A stretch of 64,000 bases of DNA from Chrysomallon squamiferum (taxonomy: Eukaryota; Animalia; Mollusca), in assembly GCA_012295275.1 (NCBI GenBank), contig CM022678.1, positions 17,484,001-17,548,000 on the forward strand. Reading direction: 5' to 3'. Under the pieces are notes generated by a model. It saw nothing but the letters and a program-made list of their open reading frames with translations. It was not told the origin of the DNA and did no database searches. A program made the position numbers and the translations under genes. The stretch's first letter is position 1, and each line of letters starts with the position of its first letter. Positions 43,306 through 64,000 of the stretch are shown here, piece by piece.

Positions 43306-43395
43306 CACGCATACATACACGCATACACGTGTATAGTTTGCATTTCTGGTTTTTGTTTATTTACATTTTACACAACTACTGTAATTACTACTACA

Positions 43396-43429
<34 letters not shown>

Positions 43430-43983
43430 TTACTACGACTACTGCTCTACTACAACTACTACTATTGCATTACATTTTTGGTTTCGTTACTTACATATAT
43501 TATTCTTTGCGATGAAGTTTTAAGCAGATAGCTATATATACAATGGAATGACGTCATTAACAGAGAAGGTGACGTCAAGGTCAAACAATTCAAACCATTG
43601 CTATTTAGCAATAAGATCGTAAGTACATTTTGTCTTCTGTTTATGTTTTAACTAAGTACGCACATCACGCACGCACGACGTACAGAGTAGTTCTTTCGAA
43701 GGCATCACAGACCTTTTTTTTTACAAATCTTGATACAGTTACATCCGCATTTCACATGATATTTTTAAACAACAATTAGTTTACGTTTTGTAAAACAATG
43801 TTATAATAGACACTGTACACGTGTGTATTATGTAAGTAAAATAATAATAATAATAATAATAATAAAAAGAAGAAGAAGAATTTGTAACTTTTCGATATAT
43901 TGACTGATGACAGAACTAGTGTCAAACAAAATGTGTGAAAATAATTGTACATATCATGATGTTTTTATACGTTAACTAAAAGA

Positions 43984-44014
43984 CGCCACGCCCTATAAAG
44001 AAATTCCGACCAAT
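43984..44014 (+). promoter_or_regulatory. Candidate promoter elements for the GC-rich gene
   Basis: GCCACGCCC (Sp/KLF-type box), TATAAA and CCAAT within ~30 bp, ~720 bp upstream of ATG 44730; a possible acceptor CCTTCAG| lies at 44251. Confidence 0.35.
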
Positions 44015-44729
44015 CAAAACCATCTTTGCATTTTGGAGGTGGAGTTTGAAATATTTCCAGTTATACACGTTTACTGGTATATTTGTGAGTGGAAAAACAA
44101 CCAAAACATATTTTATACTCTGTTATGATGTAATCTATACATTTATTTATTTATTTGTTTGTTTGTTTGTTTGTTTGTTTGCTTATTTGTTTGTTTATTT
44201 GTTTAGTTATTTATTTTTCACTACATTGGTTATCTCCCTTACCTCCTTCAGGTCTCGCCTCGGTTTATTCCGAATGTCTCCGAACGTCTCCGAACGTCTC
44301 CGATAACAAGATTATTTTCCGTTATCGTCTGGATATATTTGTGACGTTTGAAAACGTCAGTATTAAGGACAAGTACCATGGAGTTTATAAACATCCATTT
44401 TCTCTCTGTTATTACATAAATTTAATGGAAGGAATTAAGTTTTATTTTATTATAAAGGGATTATAAAATGAACTCTGAAACAACAAATTATGTGAAGGAA
44501 ATTATAAATTAAATAAACTTAAATATATGTATTTATTTTAAAAAAACAATCACTGAAAAAAAAAAGAAGAAGAAGAAAAAATTAAACTAGATACAGTAAA
44601 ATAATAATAACAAAAATAAACAAGAAACAGTAAATAAATAAACGGAATAGAACAAAAAGGAGAAATAAATAATAAAAAGAAAAGATTCAAAATAACACAA
44701 GCAACAATCAAAAATTAAAACAACAACAA

Positions 44730-45900
44730 ATGTTCGGGCAAATTCAAAAATGCTTTCGTGAGTTATCGATTACCTCCCCTTCGTCTGACGAGGGAAAGAA
44801 GGAAAAAAAGACAGAGTTGCCGCCCTTGATAGAGAACAAGAGAACGTTTAAAATTTACCGGAAACAGCGCGACTGGAAGAACTCGAATTTCCGACGACAG
44901 ATCGCGCCAATTCGCGAATGCGACCAGAAGAAAGAGTCGGCGTCCGACGAGAATCTGAAAACGCAAAACGAGGCCGAGAAGAGTCCGTCCAAGCAGGGCT
45001 TGCCTGGGACCTCGTTCTACAACCTCACCCGCAAGAGAATCAAGCAGAAGAAAGACGCGATCGTGCGCGTGAAATCGGAGACCTCGTCTGGAACGGGCGA
45101 TCCCATTTTCATCTACAGTCTGCGAGAGGAGGACAAAGACTGCAACCTGCCGACGCGCAACCGAAACAGAAGAAACCGGAGCAGAGGTCACGTGTCGGGC
45201 GCGAAGTCGTCGTCGTCGTCGTGGTGGTATCAGGACACCGGGTCGAGTTCGTCGCTGGCCGATCACCAGAGACGTCGCGACCGCAGCCAGACGACGTCAG
45301 GCAGCACGTCGGTGATGTCGCCCGACGGCCGCCGGTCTCTGACTCCCGGCTGCTTCACGGAGTCGCAGTCGAGGACGTCGTCCCGTTTGAGGGCGACGAC
45401 GTCGTCGGCCGCGTCGGATTTCTGCAAGTGTCCCAGGAGCAAGCCCAACAGCTATGGCTACTGCCTCGAGTGCGGCCTGCTGATGAAGGAGTCGGTCTGC
45501 AGACACGGGCACGACCACGCCGCCTCCGACCACGCCTCGCGACACCGGCACGACGTCAAGCGGAGGACGGGCGACGTCTGCGGCGACGTCGCGAAGCCGC
45601 GCCGGGAGAACGTGCACAGGCGCGCGTACATTCCTCGCGCTGGCGGACACGTCGCTGGACAGGGCGTTCGAGGACCCCGAGTTCTTCAAGAAGTCGACGA
45701 CGAAGCCGTTCTTCAGCTACTACCCTCCGCTGATGTCCAGCGACTCGACCCTCAGCGACCAACATCCCGTTCTGACCAAGGTCTCCGCGGACCAGGCCAA
45801 GCCGTTGGAGATCAAGAACGAAATGAGGCACATTTTCGGCAACACGAAACTGGCCGATTACTACCCGGGAGGCAAGAAGTACTCGGACAGGCCAATCTAA
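44730..45900 (+). CDS. Uncharacterised GC-rich, Ser/Arg-rich protein in a single coding exon, with an apparent +1 frame switch near 45630 (~389 aa if switched; 402 aa to 45938 if not)
   Basis: Long ORF from ATG 44730 with strongly G/C-ending codons up to ...RRAY (45629). From 45631 the +1 frame carries the G/C third-position bias: FLALADTSLDRAFEDPEFFKKSTTKPFFSYYPPLMSS...YYPGGKKYSDRPI* (TAA 45898-45900). Cys cluster CKC...YCLECG; AATAAA at 46252. Confidence 0.65.
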
Positions 45901-46297
45901 GATTAACAGAGAACGCGACGGTCTCTTTACAACTGTGAATGCTTCAGGAAAAAAGAAGAAGATGAGGATGGATCAAAATAATAATAATAATAATAGTAAT
46001 GAATGATGATGATGATGGTGATGATGATGATAACGTGCACACAGATGGTGGGTGATTTGTGAAACGTGGGTACGTGAAGATCATTCAGAGGATTGGAAAA
46101 TTCGAGGATTTGTGAGCTGATAAAACGAGCGAGTTGGTTTTAAATTCGTTTTAATTTGCTGTGTAATTTATTCTCAAATTATGGAAACTTTATTCGTGTC
46201 CTAGTTTGATTTATTTATGCCTATTATTATTTTTTTTTAAAATTATTTCGCAATAAAAAACAGAACTATTTTGCAGCGTCTTGTTATTTTATGGTTT

Positions 46298-46403
<106 letters not shown>

Positions 46404-46829
46404 GTCTGTATTTGTGAGTTTCTTTTAATAATCTCTGAAGTAAAATTAACAAATTTACCGTCATTACGAAATTTTTCCACGGACGATAACATGACCATCA
46501 AGCTTATGACAAATGCCAAAACAGTTTATACATTAAAACATAACCTTGTACATACATCATGTTTTAATAACGTTTATTAAATTTAAATATTAAAGGGTAC
46601 ATTTTACAAACAATATAAAATATTTTTGAAATGGTACAAAATATAGAGAATGGATAAATGTAATTTCAAAAATGTTCAAACAATGAAAAAGTAGATTTAA
46701 TATGCTTTATAGATATTGTCATATACTAAATAATTAATTTCTATTATTATCAGAAATATAAACCTACCATGGATGTAGGTATAAATTACATTATTTGTAT
46801 ACTTCAGTTATAGAGATAGATTTTATCAC

Positions 46830-46872
<43 letters not shown>

Positions 46873-47501
46873 GATGTTGTTGTTGTTGTTGGTGTTGGTG
46901 GTGGTGGTGGTGGTGGTGTTGTTGGTGTTGTTGGTGCTGCTGTTGTTATTATTATTATTGTTATTGTTACTATTATTATTTTTGTTATTGTGATTGTTGT
47001 TGTTGTTGTTGTTGTTATTATTATTATTATTGATATATTTAGAATACATACTATATAGATAACATTAACAATTCCTAATAATGTATTGTATATTAAAAAC
47101 ATATTTAATATGTACAAGCTTCGATATAATTTGGGGAGAATCTAGAATTTCTATAAAACAAACAGTCAAACAAATAAATAAATAAATAAATAAATAAAAT
47201 AAAATTAAATTAAATTAAATTAAATTAGATTTTCCCCTAAGCCTTTTTATTTATACATTAAAGAAAATAATAAATGTATGTCTTTATGACATCAAATGGC
47301 GACTGCAAACAACAATTATTCTATGTCCCCTAATTTTTTTTTGTTTAGTATATAATTAGAACAGTTATAAGATTTCTACCGAAAATAGTTTGATGTTCCC
47401 TTGACAACCCACCCCATCCGCGCCTGATCGTAAATTATTATTAACAAAAGTATTATTATGCTATGATAATTGTTTTCATGGATTTCAGTCAAACTGTGTT
47501 G

Positions 47502-47533
<32 letters not shown>

Positions 47534-47711
47534 GCTATCGTAGTAACTGTCATAGTCGTAAGTAATCTAGAGTAGTCGTAGTCGTAGTAGTAGTGATAGT
47601 CGTAGTCAAGTCGTAGTTATACTAGTAGTTGTAGTAGTAGCAGTAGTAGTAGTAGTAAAAAGTTATTTCACTTCATTATTAAAACCTTCATTATTAAAAT
47701 TATTTAAATTC

Positions 47712-56616
<8,905 letters not shown>

Positions 56617-57097
56617 GATGCAAAAACAATATGAAAACAACGCAGATCTACCTTGACAACTTCAAAAACAATTCATTTAATTTCAAAACGAACGAACGAA
56701 TGATAAAAAAACAAACAAAAATGGATAAAATAAATAAATAAAGAATCGATCATACGAAGACCAGCGTCATTATTTCCAGTGTGTAGCGGGTGAGTTTGGA
56801 CAAGCGAACACCTCTTATGAAATGGAAACGAAGAGTGGTGGTTTATTGGAAACATCTCCTGAAACTTTCCCAGCCAGACCCCATCCCGAAGGTAGGCGGC
56901 GATAAACGAGTTTAATGTGCAGCGGGCCGGGGTGAGCGGTGTTAAAACAGACAGCGACGTGCGCGGGTGTGGATCAGTGGAGAGTATCGGGTTTCGGTGT
57001 AAGCGACAGAAACTCACAGCGGACTCTGAGTCGTCGTCTTCTCTTCCATCGCCTCCTGGCGAGTCGCGACGATTCACGCGTCTTGTTTGTGAACATT

Positions 57098-57520
57098 TCT
57101 TCTTCTTCTTCTTCTTCTTCTTCTTCTTCTTCTTCTTCTTCTTCCTTTTCTTCTTCTTCGTCGCCGTCTTCTTCTTCTTCTTCTTCTTCTTCTTCTTCCT
57201 TTTCTTCTTCTTCGTCGCCGTCTTCTTCTTCTTCTTCTTCTTCTTCTTCTGTTTTCTTTTCTTCTGGTGTTTCTTTTCGTCTTCATTTTCTTTTTCTTTT
57301 TGTTCCTCTTTTTGTTCTCTTTCTTCTTTTTTTTTTCTTTTTTCTTCTTTCTTCTCCTTTTTCTTCTTTTTCTTTTTTCTTCTTTCTTCTTCTTTTTCTA
57401 CTTTTTTCTTCTTCTTTTTCTTCTTTCTTGTTCTTTCTTCTTCTTTTTCTATTTTCTTCTTCTTCTTCTTTTTGGTCCTCTTCTTCGTTTTCTTGTTCTT
57501 TTTCTTCTTTTTCTCCTTCT
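57098..57520. repeat. (CTT)n / polypyrimidine low-complexity tract
   Basis: CTT trinucleotide array with a duplicated CTTCGTCGCCGTCTT interruption; generates the K-, F- and S-rich ORFs. Confidence 0.9.
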
Positions 57521-57803
57521 TGTTTGTTTGTTTTTTTACCCTCATTTATTTTTAATTTATTAGTATTTTTTTTTTTTTTGTTTTTATTTCTTTCTCAGTT
57601 TCTTTTTGTTTTTATTTTTTTTATTTCTTGCTTTCTTTTATTTATTTTATTTTATTTTATTTTATTTTTTTGAATGTTTGTTCTTTTTCTTCTATTTGTT
57701 CGTGTTCTCGTATTTAACTTATTTTTTCTTTCTTTCTTTTTCGTTCTCGTTTTTTTCTGTTTTTCTTGGTGCAGTTATTTTTATTTATATATATTTTTTC
57801 ATT

Positions 57804-57852
<49 letters not shown>

Positions 57853-58177
57853 TATATATAAAGAATGAAAAAATATATATAAAGAAAGAAAAAACATATA
57901 TATATATATATACACACACACAAACACACACACACACACACATTATTCTCGTTATCTTTTCCTTTTTTTAAATTATTTTACTACTATCTCTTACTGCTTT
58001 CTTTTCTTCTTCTTCTTCTTCTTCCATTGTTTATATTTCTTCGTCTTTTCACTTCGCGGATAGTTATACAATGTTTGTTTGCAGAATGAGACAAAGTGTG
58101 GAGATTTCCTGGGAAGGCTGCTTGAGCTCAGGTCCATTCATAGTTCAGCGATTTTTGTTTTCTGTCTGTACGTATGT

Positions 58178-58214
<37 letters not shown>

Positions 58215-58822
58215 CGAACAGACATAGAGAGATTGACAGAAAGATTATAGAGACAGATACTGATAGTCGGCGAGAGACAGAAATAGAGACAGATGCAGAG
58301 AGAGAGACACAGAGGGAAATACTATAGAACGATACACCTATAAGTATTTGTATTTGTCTATGCCTCTAATTATCAAAAAAAAAAAAAAAAAAAAAAAAAC
58401 AAACAAACAAACAAACAAACAAATAAATAATAATAATAATAATAATAAACAAACAAACAAACAAATAAATAATAATAATAAATACTGCAAGTCGTATATA
58501 TATTTCTTTAATGAAATTCCAGACATTCAACAGTTACATTTACAAGTGCAGTCTGACGAGATAACAATTAACATGACATCGTCGAACCTGGTATTAGTCC
58601 GCGCTCGTAGCCACTGGAGACAGGGTAGATAACTGCGTTATGTCGTCTGGAAGCAAGGAACCCGGGGAGAATACAGAGAGTGCTTATTACCCAGTTTGAC
58701 AAATGGCGTGAAGATAAATTTGTGTCCGCGGATTAAAACTGGTTATTAACTTCCATGATTGACTGTCTCTTGTTTAGCAGGTACTTGAAATGACGTCACG
58801 TGATGTGGATTTAGTTTCTCTA

Positions 58823-59139
58823 GCTAGGTGTCGCTGTTAATTTTAATGTTGTTGAACGTTTGGTTCTCGGCAGAAGTCGCTGCTACTTTGAAACCTGTTG
58901 TTCGATTAGTTCTCGCTAGGTGTCGCTGTGTGTGTTGAATTTGTCACTAGGTGTCGCTGTTATTGTTTTAAGTATTGTTGACATCTTTGTTCCCCGTTGG
59001 GTTTCGCTAACATCGTTGAACTTCTGGTCCTCGCTAGATGTCGCTGACACTTTGAAACTTGCAGTTGGCTTAGTTCTCACGAGGTGTTGCTGAAACCGAG
59101 GACTGTCGTTTGCATTCAGTTTTTCACTAGGTGTCGCTG
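58823..59139 (+). promoter_or_regulatory. Array of 7-8 co-oriented CTCF-like motifs in a degenerate ~45-bp repeat (candidate insulator)
   Basis: GCTAGGTGTCGCTG (58823), CGGCAGAAGTCGCTG (58868), CGCTAGGTGTCGCTG (58914), CACTAGGTGTCGCTG (58945), CGCTAGATGTCGCTG (59032), CACGAGGTGTTGCTG (59078), CACTAGGTGTCGCTG (59125); resemble the CTCF core CCACYAGRKGGCGC. Confidence 0.55.
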
Positions 59140-59438
59140 TTAATATGAATCATCTCTGTTAACTGACAGTGAGTGGATTAGCACAGTGGATTAGCTAAAT
59201 GGCTCATCTGGATTAGTTTAATCTCTTAATGATTCCTGTGACAGTGAACATCTTTTTATTAACTAATAAAGTCTTTAATGTTGGTGTGCTTGCCTTAAAC
59301 AGAAGTCGTTAACCTTCTGTATTTCACGTTCTAACCAGCATGACTGGTAGATAAAAAGAAATATATATATGTGTGTGTGTATATATGTATGTATGTATGT
59401 ACGTATATATGTACATAGCGTATGTTTGTATGTATATA

Positions 59439-59473
<35 letters not shown>

Positions 59474-59513
59474 GTGTATGTATGTATATATATAGAATGT
59501 TTGTAACTGTATA

Positions 59514-59560
<47 letters not shown>

Positions 59561-60153
59561 TGTATCTGTATGTATATGTAATATATATATATATATATAT
59601 TTTTTTGATACAAAAAAAAAACGGCAGATTATTAAAATTTTTATTTTCCTTTACATTTCTCAAACAAACAAATTCAGAGGTCAATACAATTTTAAAATCA
59701 ATTAAACTAAACATATCCTCTTCAACATTATATATATATATACCCTACCAGCATCCCTGCCCTCCCCCTCCCCTGATCCTCGCTGCCTTGACCAGTTATT
59801 AACACGTGTGAAATCGTTGTGCCCAGCGCCCCGCAGATCTGGATTAACACGTGATAACAGTAAAACCACGTGAGTGTATCGCCGGTATGTCACGTGTCAC
59901 GTATCAAACAGTTAGCTGTTGTTATTAACTGTTAAATCACCTCTCGCTGTTTTATAACTGTACTTCTCAGTGTTTTTACTTTGTTGTGTTTTTTTTTTAT
60001 TATTATTATTTATTATTATTATTATTTTTTTTTTTGTTTCTGCATGTGATCTTTTTTGTTATGTACTCTGTGGTGTAGTGTGTGTATCTGTGCTGTTTTT
60101 GTTTTTTTTGTTTTTTTTAATACAAGAATAAAGTAAAACGTACATACATACGA

Positions 60154-60193
<40 letters not shown>

Positions 60194-60896
60194 GTATGTA
60201 TTATGAATGTATGATTTTATGTGTTTTCGTTAGATAGATAGATAGATATACAGATAGACAGATATACATACATAGATATATAGATAGATAGATATTACGG
60301 TCTGAAAATTCTAATATTCATTTGATTGGAATTTATTTTTGACTATTCTGAATTTTAAAATATCAATAATAATAAATAAATAAATAAATAATTTAAAAAA
60401 TTAAATTAAATTGAAAAAAGAAAAGAAAAAGACAACAAAAACATTACATTTTTTTAAAGATTCATATAGACAAGAGTATTATATTGAAATGTCTGTTCAC
60501 ACACACGCACACACACACACACACAAATATATATACAAACATACAAACATACATACATACAAACAGATACACGTACTCTTATACATGCATACATACATAT
60601 ACCTACTTACCTGCCTTCCTACCTCCACCCCGTTGACTAACCATAAGAAATAGCACCCTCCCCTCAAACCCCCTCCCCTCAAATCCCCCTCCCCCCAAAA
60701 TATGGGTATGTGGCTCAGTTTATTTTGTTTCCACAGAGAAAAAAAGGTTTTATTAAATATAAATATTACCAATAAACGACTGATTTATAATCCAGGTGGA
60801 TTAATCCGTACGTTTTAATCCTTACTCCCGCTAACACTAAATTTACGACCGATGCACGTGGCTTGCAATCACCGCTTGCTAGTTAACGCGGAACAT

Positions 60897-60902
60897 TATA
60901 AA
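60897..60902 (+). promoter_or_regulatory. Candidate TATA box of the second M12B gene
   Basis: TATAAA ~120 nt upstream of ATG 61019. Confidence 0.45.
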
Positions 60903-61018
60903 TTAGTTCAGTGCAGCGCAGAGTGACACTCCCTCTAGCGCTCCTAATGGGAGCTAACTCTGCACATTGTGAGACATGTAAATGAACGGAGGTGGGGAAT
61001 GTTGTTTATACACGTACG

Positions 61019-61186
61019 ATGATCAGGAGTTTTATCTTCGCAGTTATCGTTCTTTACAGTTCCGTAAATGGCGCCGCGATCAGAGGTAAACGCCGGATGA
61101 GTAAGTAGTTTTTGTTGGTTTGTTTGTTTTTAATTTATTTATATTTTATGTTATTTGTAAATAATAATAGGTGATTTAGCTGTTTC

Positions 61187-61279
<93 letters not shown>

Positions 61280-62140
61280 AATATCTATCTATCTATATAT
61301 CTCTCGGTCTGTATGTATATCAGTCTGTCTGTATGAAATCCTTCTTTATGAACATAATATTATTAATTATGCTATTTATTTATTTATTTAGACGAGGATT
61401 CTCTACGTACTCTGATTCTAACAATTCACGACGATGGACGAGTTGATAAGACGTACATTCCCGCCAAACCTGTAAGTTTTTACTTTCTTAGTTCCCGTTC
61501 CAGATTCTACACGTACCTCTGACTTCAGTGTAAAATACTCCAACCCTTTCATATAATAATAACAACAACAACAGCAGCAGTAGCAGCAACAACAATGCCA
61601 ACAATAATAGTAATAATAATAATAATAACAGCGGCAACAACAACAATACCAATAATAATAACAACAACAGTAACAATAATAATATAATGACAACAACAAC
61701 AGTAACAGCAACAACAATGATAAGAATAGCAGCAACAACAACAACAACAATACCAATAATAATAACAACAACAGTAACAATAATAATATAATAACCACAA
61801 CAACAATAACAGCAACAACAATGATAAGAATAGCAGCAACAACAACAACAACAATAATAATAATTATTATTAGACGAATGTTTTAAAGGTCTAATTTATG
61901 AATATTTTGGACTACACGGTGTATTTGCAAGGACGCAGTTTTACTCCAAGTTTAGTTATTATATTTTAACAATAAACAAATTAGAATAAAATGTTAATAA
62001 GTTGTTGCAGTACAGTGAATCTATTTTTTAATAAAGCGTTCATAAATTTGTTTGTTTTCTATTCGAATATTTAGTTTTATTTTTACTTTTTGTTTTTACT
62101 TTTTTTATTTATATGTTTATTTTATTATATTTTATTTTTT

Positions 62141-62187
<47 letters not shown>

Positions 62188-62484
62188 TTGAATTTCTAAA
62201 ATTAATTTTATCTATATAAATATATTTTTTTCTTTTTAATAATTTGTTGTTTAGATTAAGCTTTTCCATGATTTATTTTTACATGTTTTACATTTGTCCG
62301 TAGACAACGTCAAATGATCAGTTATCTAAAGTACGTCAGGGACGACGTAACCTTACCGCTGAAGGAATCAGAAAGCAGCTCGACAGCATGGTCATGTCGC
62401 CGGATTCCTCAGCATACACGACGTTCAGTCTCGACGACGACCACCTCGTAGATGTGCAAGGTAAAAAACAGATTTATATTTTAC

Positions 62485-62529
<45 letters not shown>

Positions 62530-63726
62530 GTCTCTGTCTCTCTCTGTCTCTATCTTTCTGTATATCTTTATCATCTCTCTCTCTCTCTGTGTCTCTCTAG
62601 TCATCTACCTATCTATGTGTCTGTCTGTCTGTCTGTCTCTCTGTCTGTCTAGCGTTTATGTGTGTATGAATGAGGAAATATGGCTAGGTGTCTGTGTATA
62701 TGTTTCTGGGTATGTATAAGGGTGCGTGCGCGCGAGTGTATGTGACATTTTATTTTGCGTTTGGATTCGATGAAGAAATTAGCATAGAAATCAAGATGAT
62801 ATCTTTACTGTTAAAAAACTGTATGATTAATTTTTTAATTATTATGTATATATCATGATAAAATTACGGTTATCATCTTTATTATTTATTTGTCTAAGTT
62901 TTTTTTTTTTTTTTTTCTTATTTTATTGAGTTTAATTTCTTAATAGAGTATCCTTTCTCACTATAATATTTTCCAGTAAAACAATCTCGTAAAGCTAAAT
63001 ATACGCCAATCTGTATCTACGTAATGTAATTATAAATAATTTATTTTGGAACTATTTGTTTTCGCGTAGGAGCACCACTACTTCACTCCATGAACAACAA
63101 CAATAAATCAAAGCCTCATCACCGCGTAAGAAGACAAGCTGGAATATACGAAATAGAACTCATTCTTTTTCTGGACTATCCACTATATCAGTAGTAAGAG
63201 TTATTTATTATTTATGTATTTATTTATTTATTTATTTGTTGTTATTATTGTTATTATTACTACTACTATTACTATTACTACAATAATAATTATTATGATG
63301 ATCATTCCTGTTATTGTTGCTGTTGTTTACTACTACTATTATCTTTATTACTTCTTACTACTTCGATAAAATCAAAAATATAAACCAGAAACTTATAACC
63401 TTCTGTACGTACTATCAGTTATGCTACTGTATCTGTAAATGATTCTAAATATAGACCTAAATACATATAAAAATAATGTTTTATCGTATTATATGTCAAA
63501 ATTATTCTAAAGAATTTTATTTTTAAAACAATTTAACGTGTGGCATATTTTGTAAATTTTGTATTATATTTCAAAAACCATTCCATATACAGAAATTTTT
63601 TATTGTATAAATGTAAAATAGTTAACGCTCTAAATACCATTTTTCAGCTGGTTAAATCGTAACGTTGGAAATGTAATTGCGACACGTCAAGAAATGGTAG
63701 ACTATTATTCCAATATCGTTAACGCA
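61019..63726 (+). CDS. Second reprolysin/ADAMTS-like (M12B) paralog, 5' part (continues beyond the window)
   Basis: Exons 61019-61085 (signal peptide MIRSFIFAVIVLYSSVNGA; alternative same-phase donor after 61100), 61392-61471, 62304-62460, 63070-63193 (RVRR-QAGIYEIELILFLDYPLYQ), 63648-63726 (WLNRN...MVDYYSNIVNA). Same intron phases as, and clear similarity to, the minus-strand gene (RKKR-QAGIKNHEVELLLIIDYPLYL; WLKRN...IIDFYSNIINA; both fifth exons are 79 nt). Confidence 0.88.
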
Positions 63727-64000
63727 GTAAGTATTATTATTATATAAAAATTTATTTTCTTTATTTGTTTCGTTGTCGTTACGTTCTGAAAAGGAGGTTT
63801 TATCTCTAGAAGCTAATGGAAAATCCGTTAAACTCTGATTATTTTTATTTGTTGATATATTATTTTTCTATCTCATACGTGTACATAATTACTTCTACTA
63901 CTGCTACTACTAGTGTTGTTACTACTACCACTACTACTAATGTTACTACTACCACTACTACTAGTACTACTGCTACCACTTCATCTACTACTACTGCTGA

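Noticed and set aside
44763-45831. Overlapping ORFs on the minus strand and in the +2 frame of the GC island
   Set aside because: Expected shadows of a GC-rich, stop-poor CDS; the third-position bias favours the 0 frame and then the +1 frame.
56673-57673. 290-aa Lys-rich, 212-aa Phe-rich and 244-aa Ser-rich ORFs
   Set aside because: Open only because of the (CTT)n / polypyrimidine tract.

Overview
AT-rich, microsatellite-dense eukaryotic (animal) genomic DNA with GT-AG spliceosomal introns; the composition and gene families suggest an invertebrate, possibly a mollusc (inference). Most listed ORFs are microsatellite artefacts. By joining exons manually on splice signals and reading-frame phase I recover six genes: (1) an MS4A/CD20-like four-TM protein (+, 2408-9354); (2) a ~523-aa protein with 12-aa N-terminal repeats and a basic 21-aa-repeat C-terminus (+, 11929-15215); (3) an astacin (M12A) metalloprotease with EGF, CUB, Cys-rich and TSP1 modules (+, 29067-41498, N-terminus unresolved); (4) a GC-rich single-coding-exon gene with an apparent +1 frame switch (+, 44730-45900); (5) a reprolysin/ADAMTS-like (M12B) protease with two apparent 1-nt frameshifts and an F/N/P/Q-rich tail (-, 56616-47712); (6) the 5' part of a head-to-head paralog of gene 5 (+, from 61019, runs off the window). 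The most unusual signals are tandem arrays grown from splice junctions (about 68 copies of an astacin exon end plus its GTAAGT donor; about 13 copies of an AG/7-nt/GT unit) and a same-orientation array of CTCF-like motifs between the two divergent M12B paralogs. No database searches were run; family calls rest on motifs read from the sequence.
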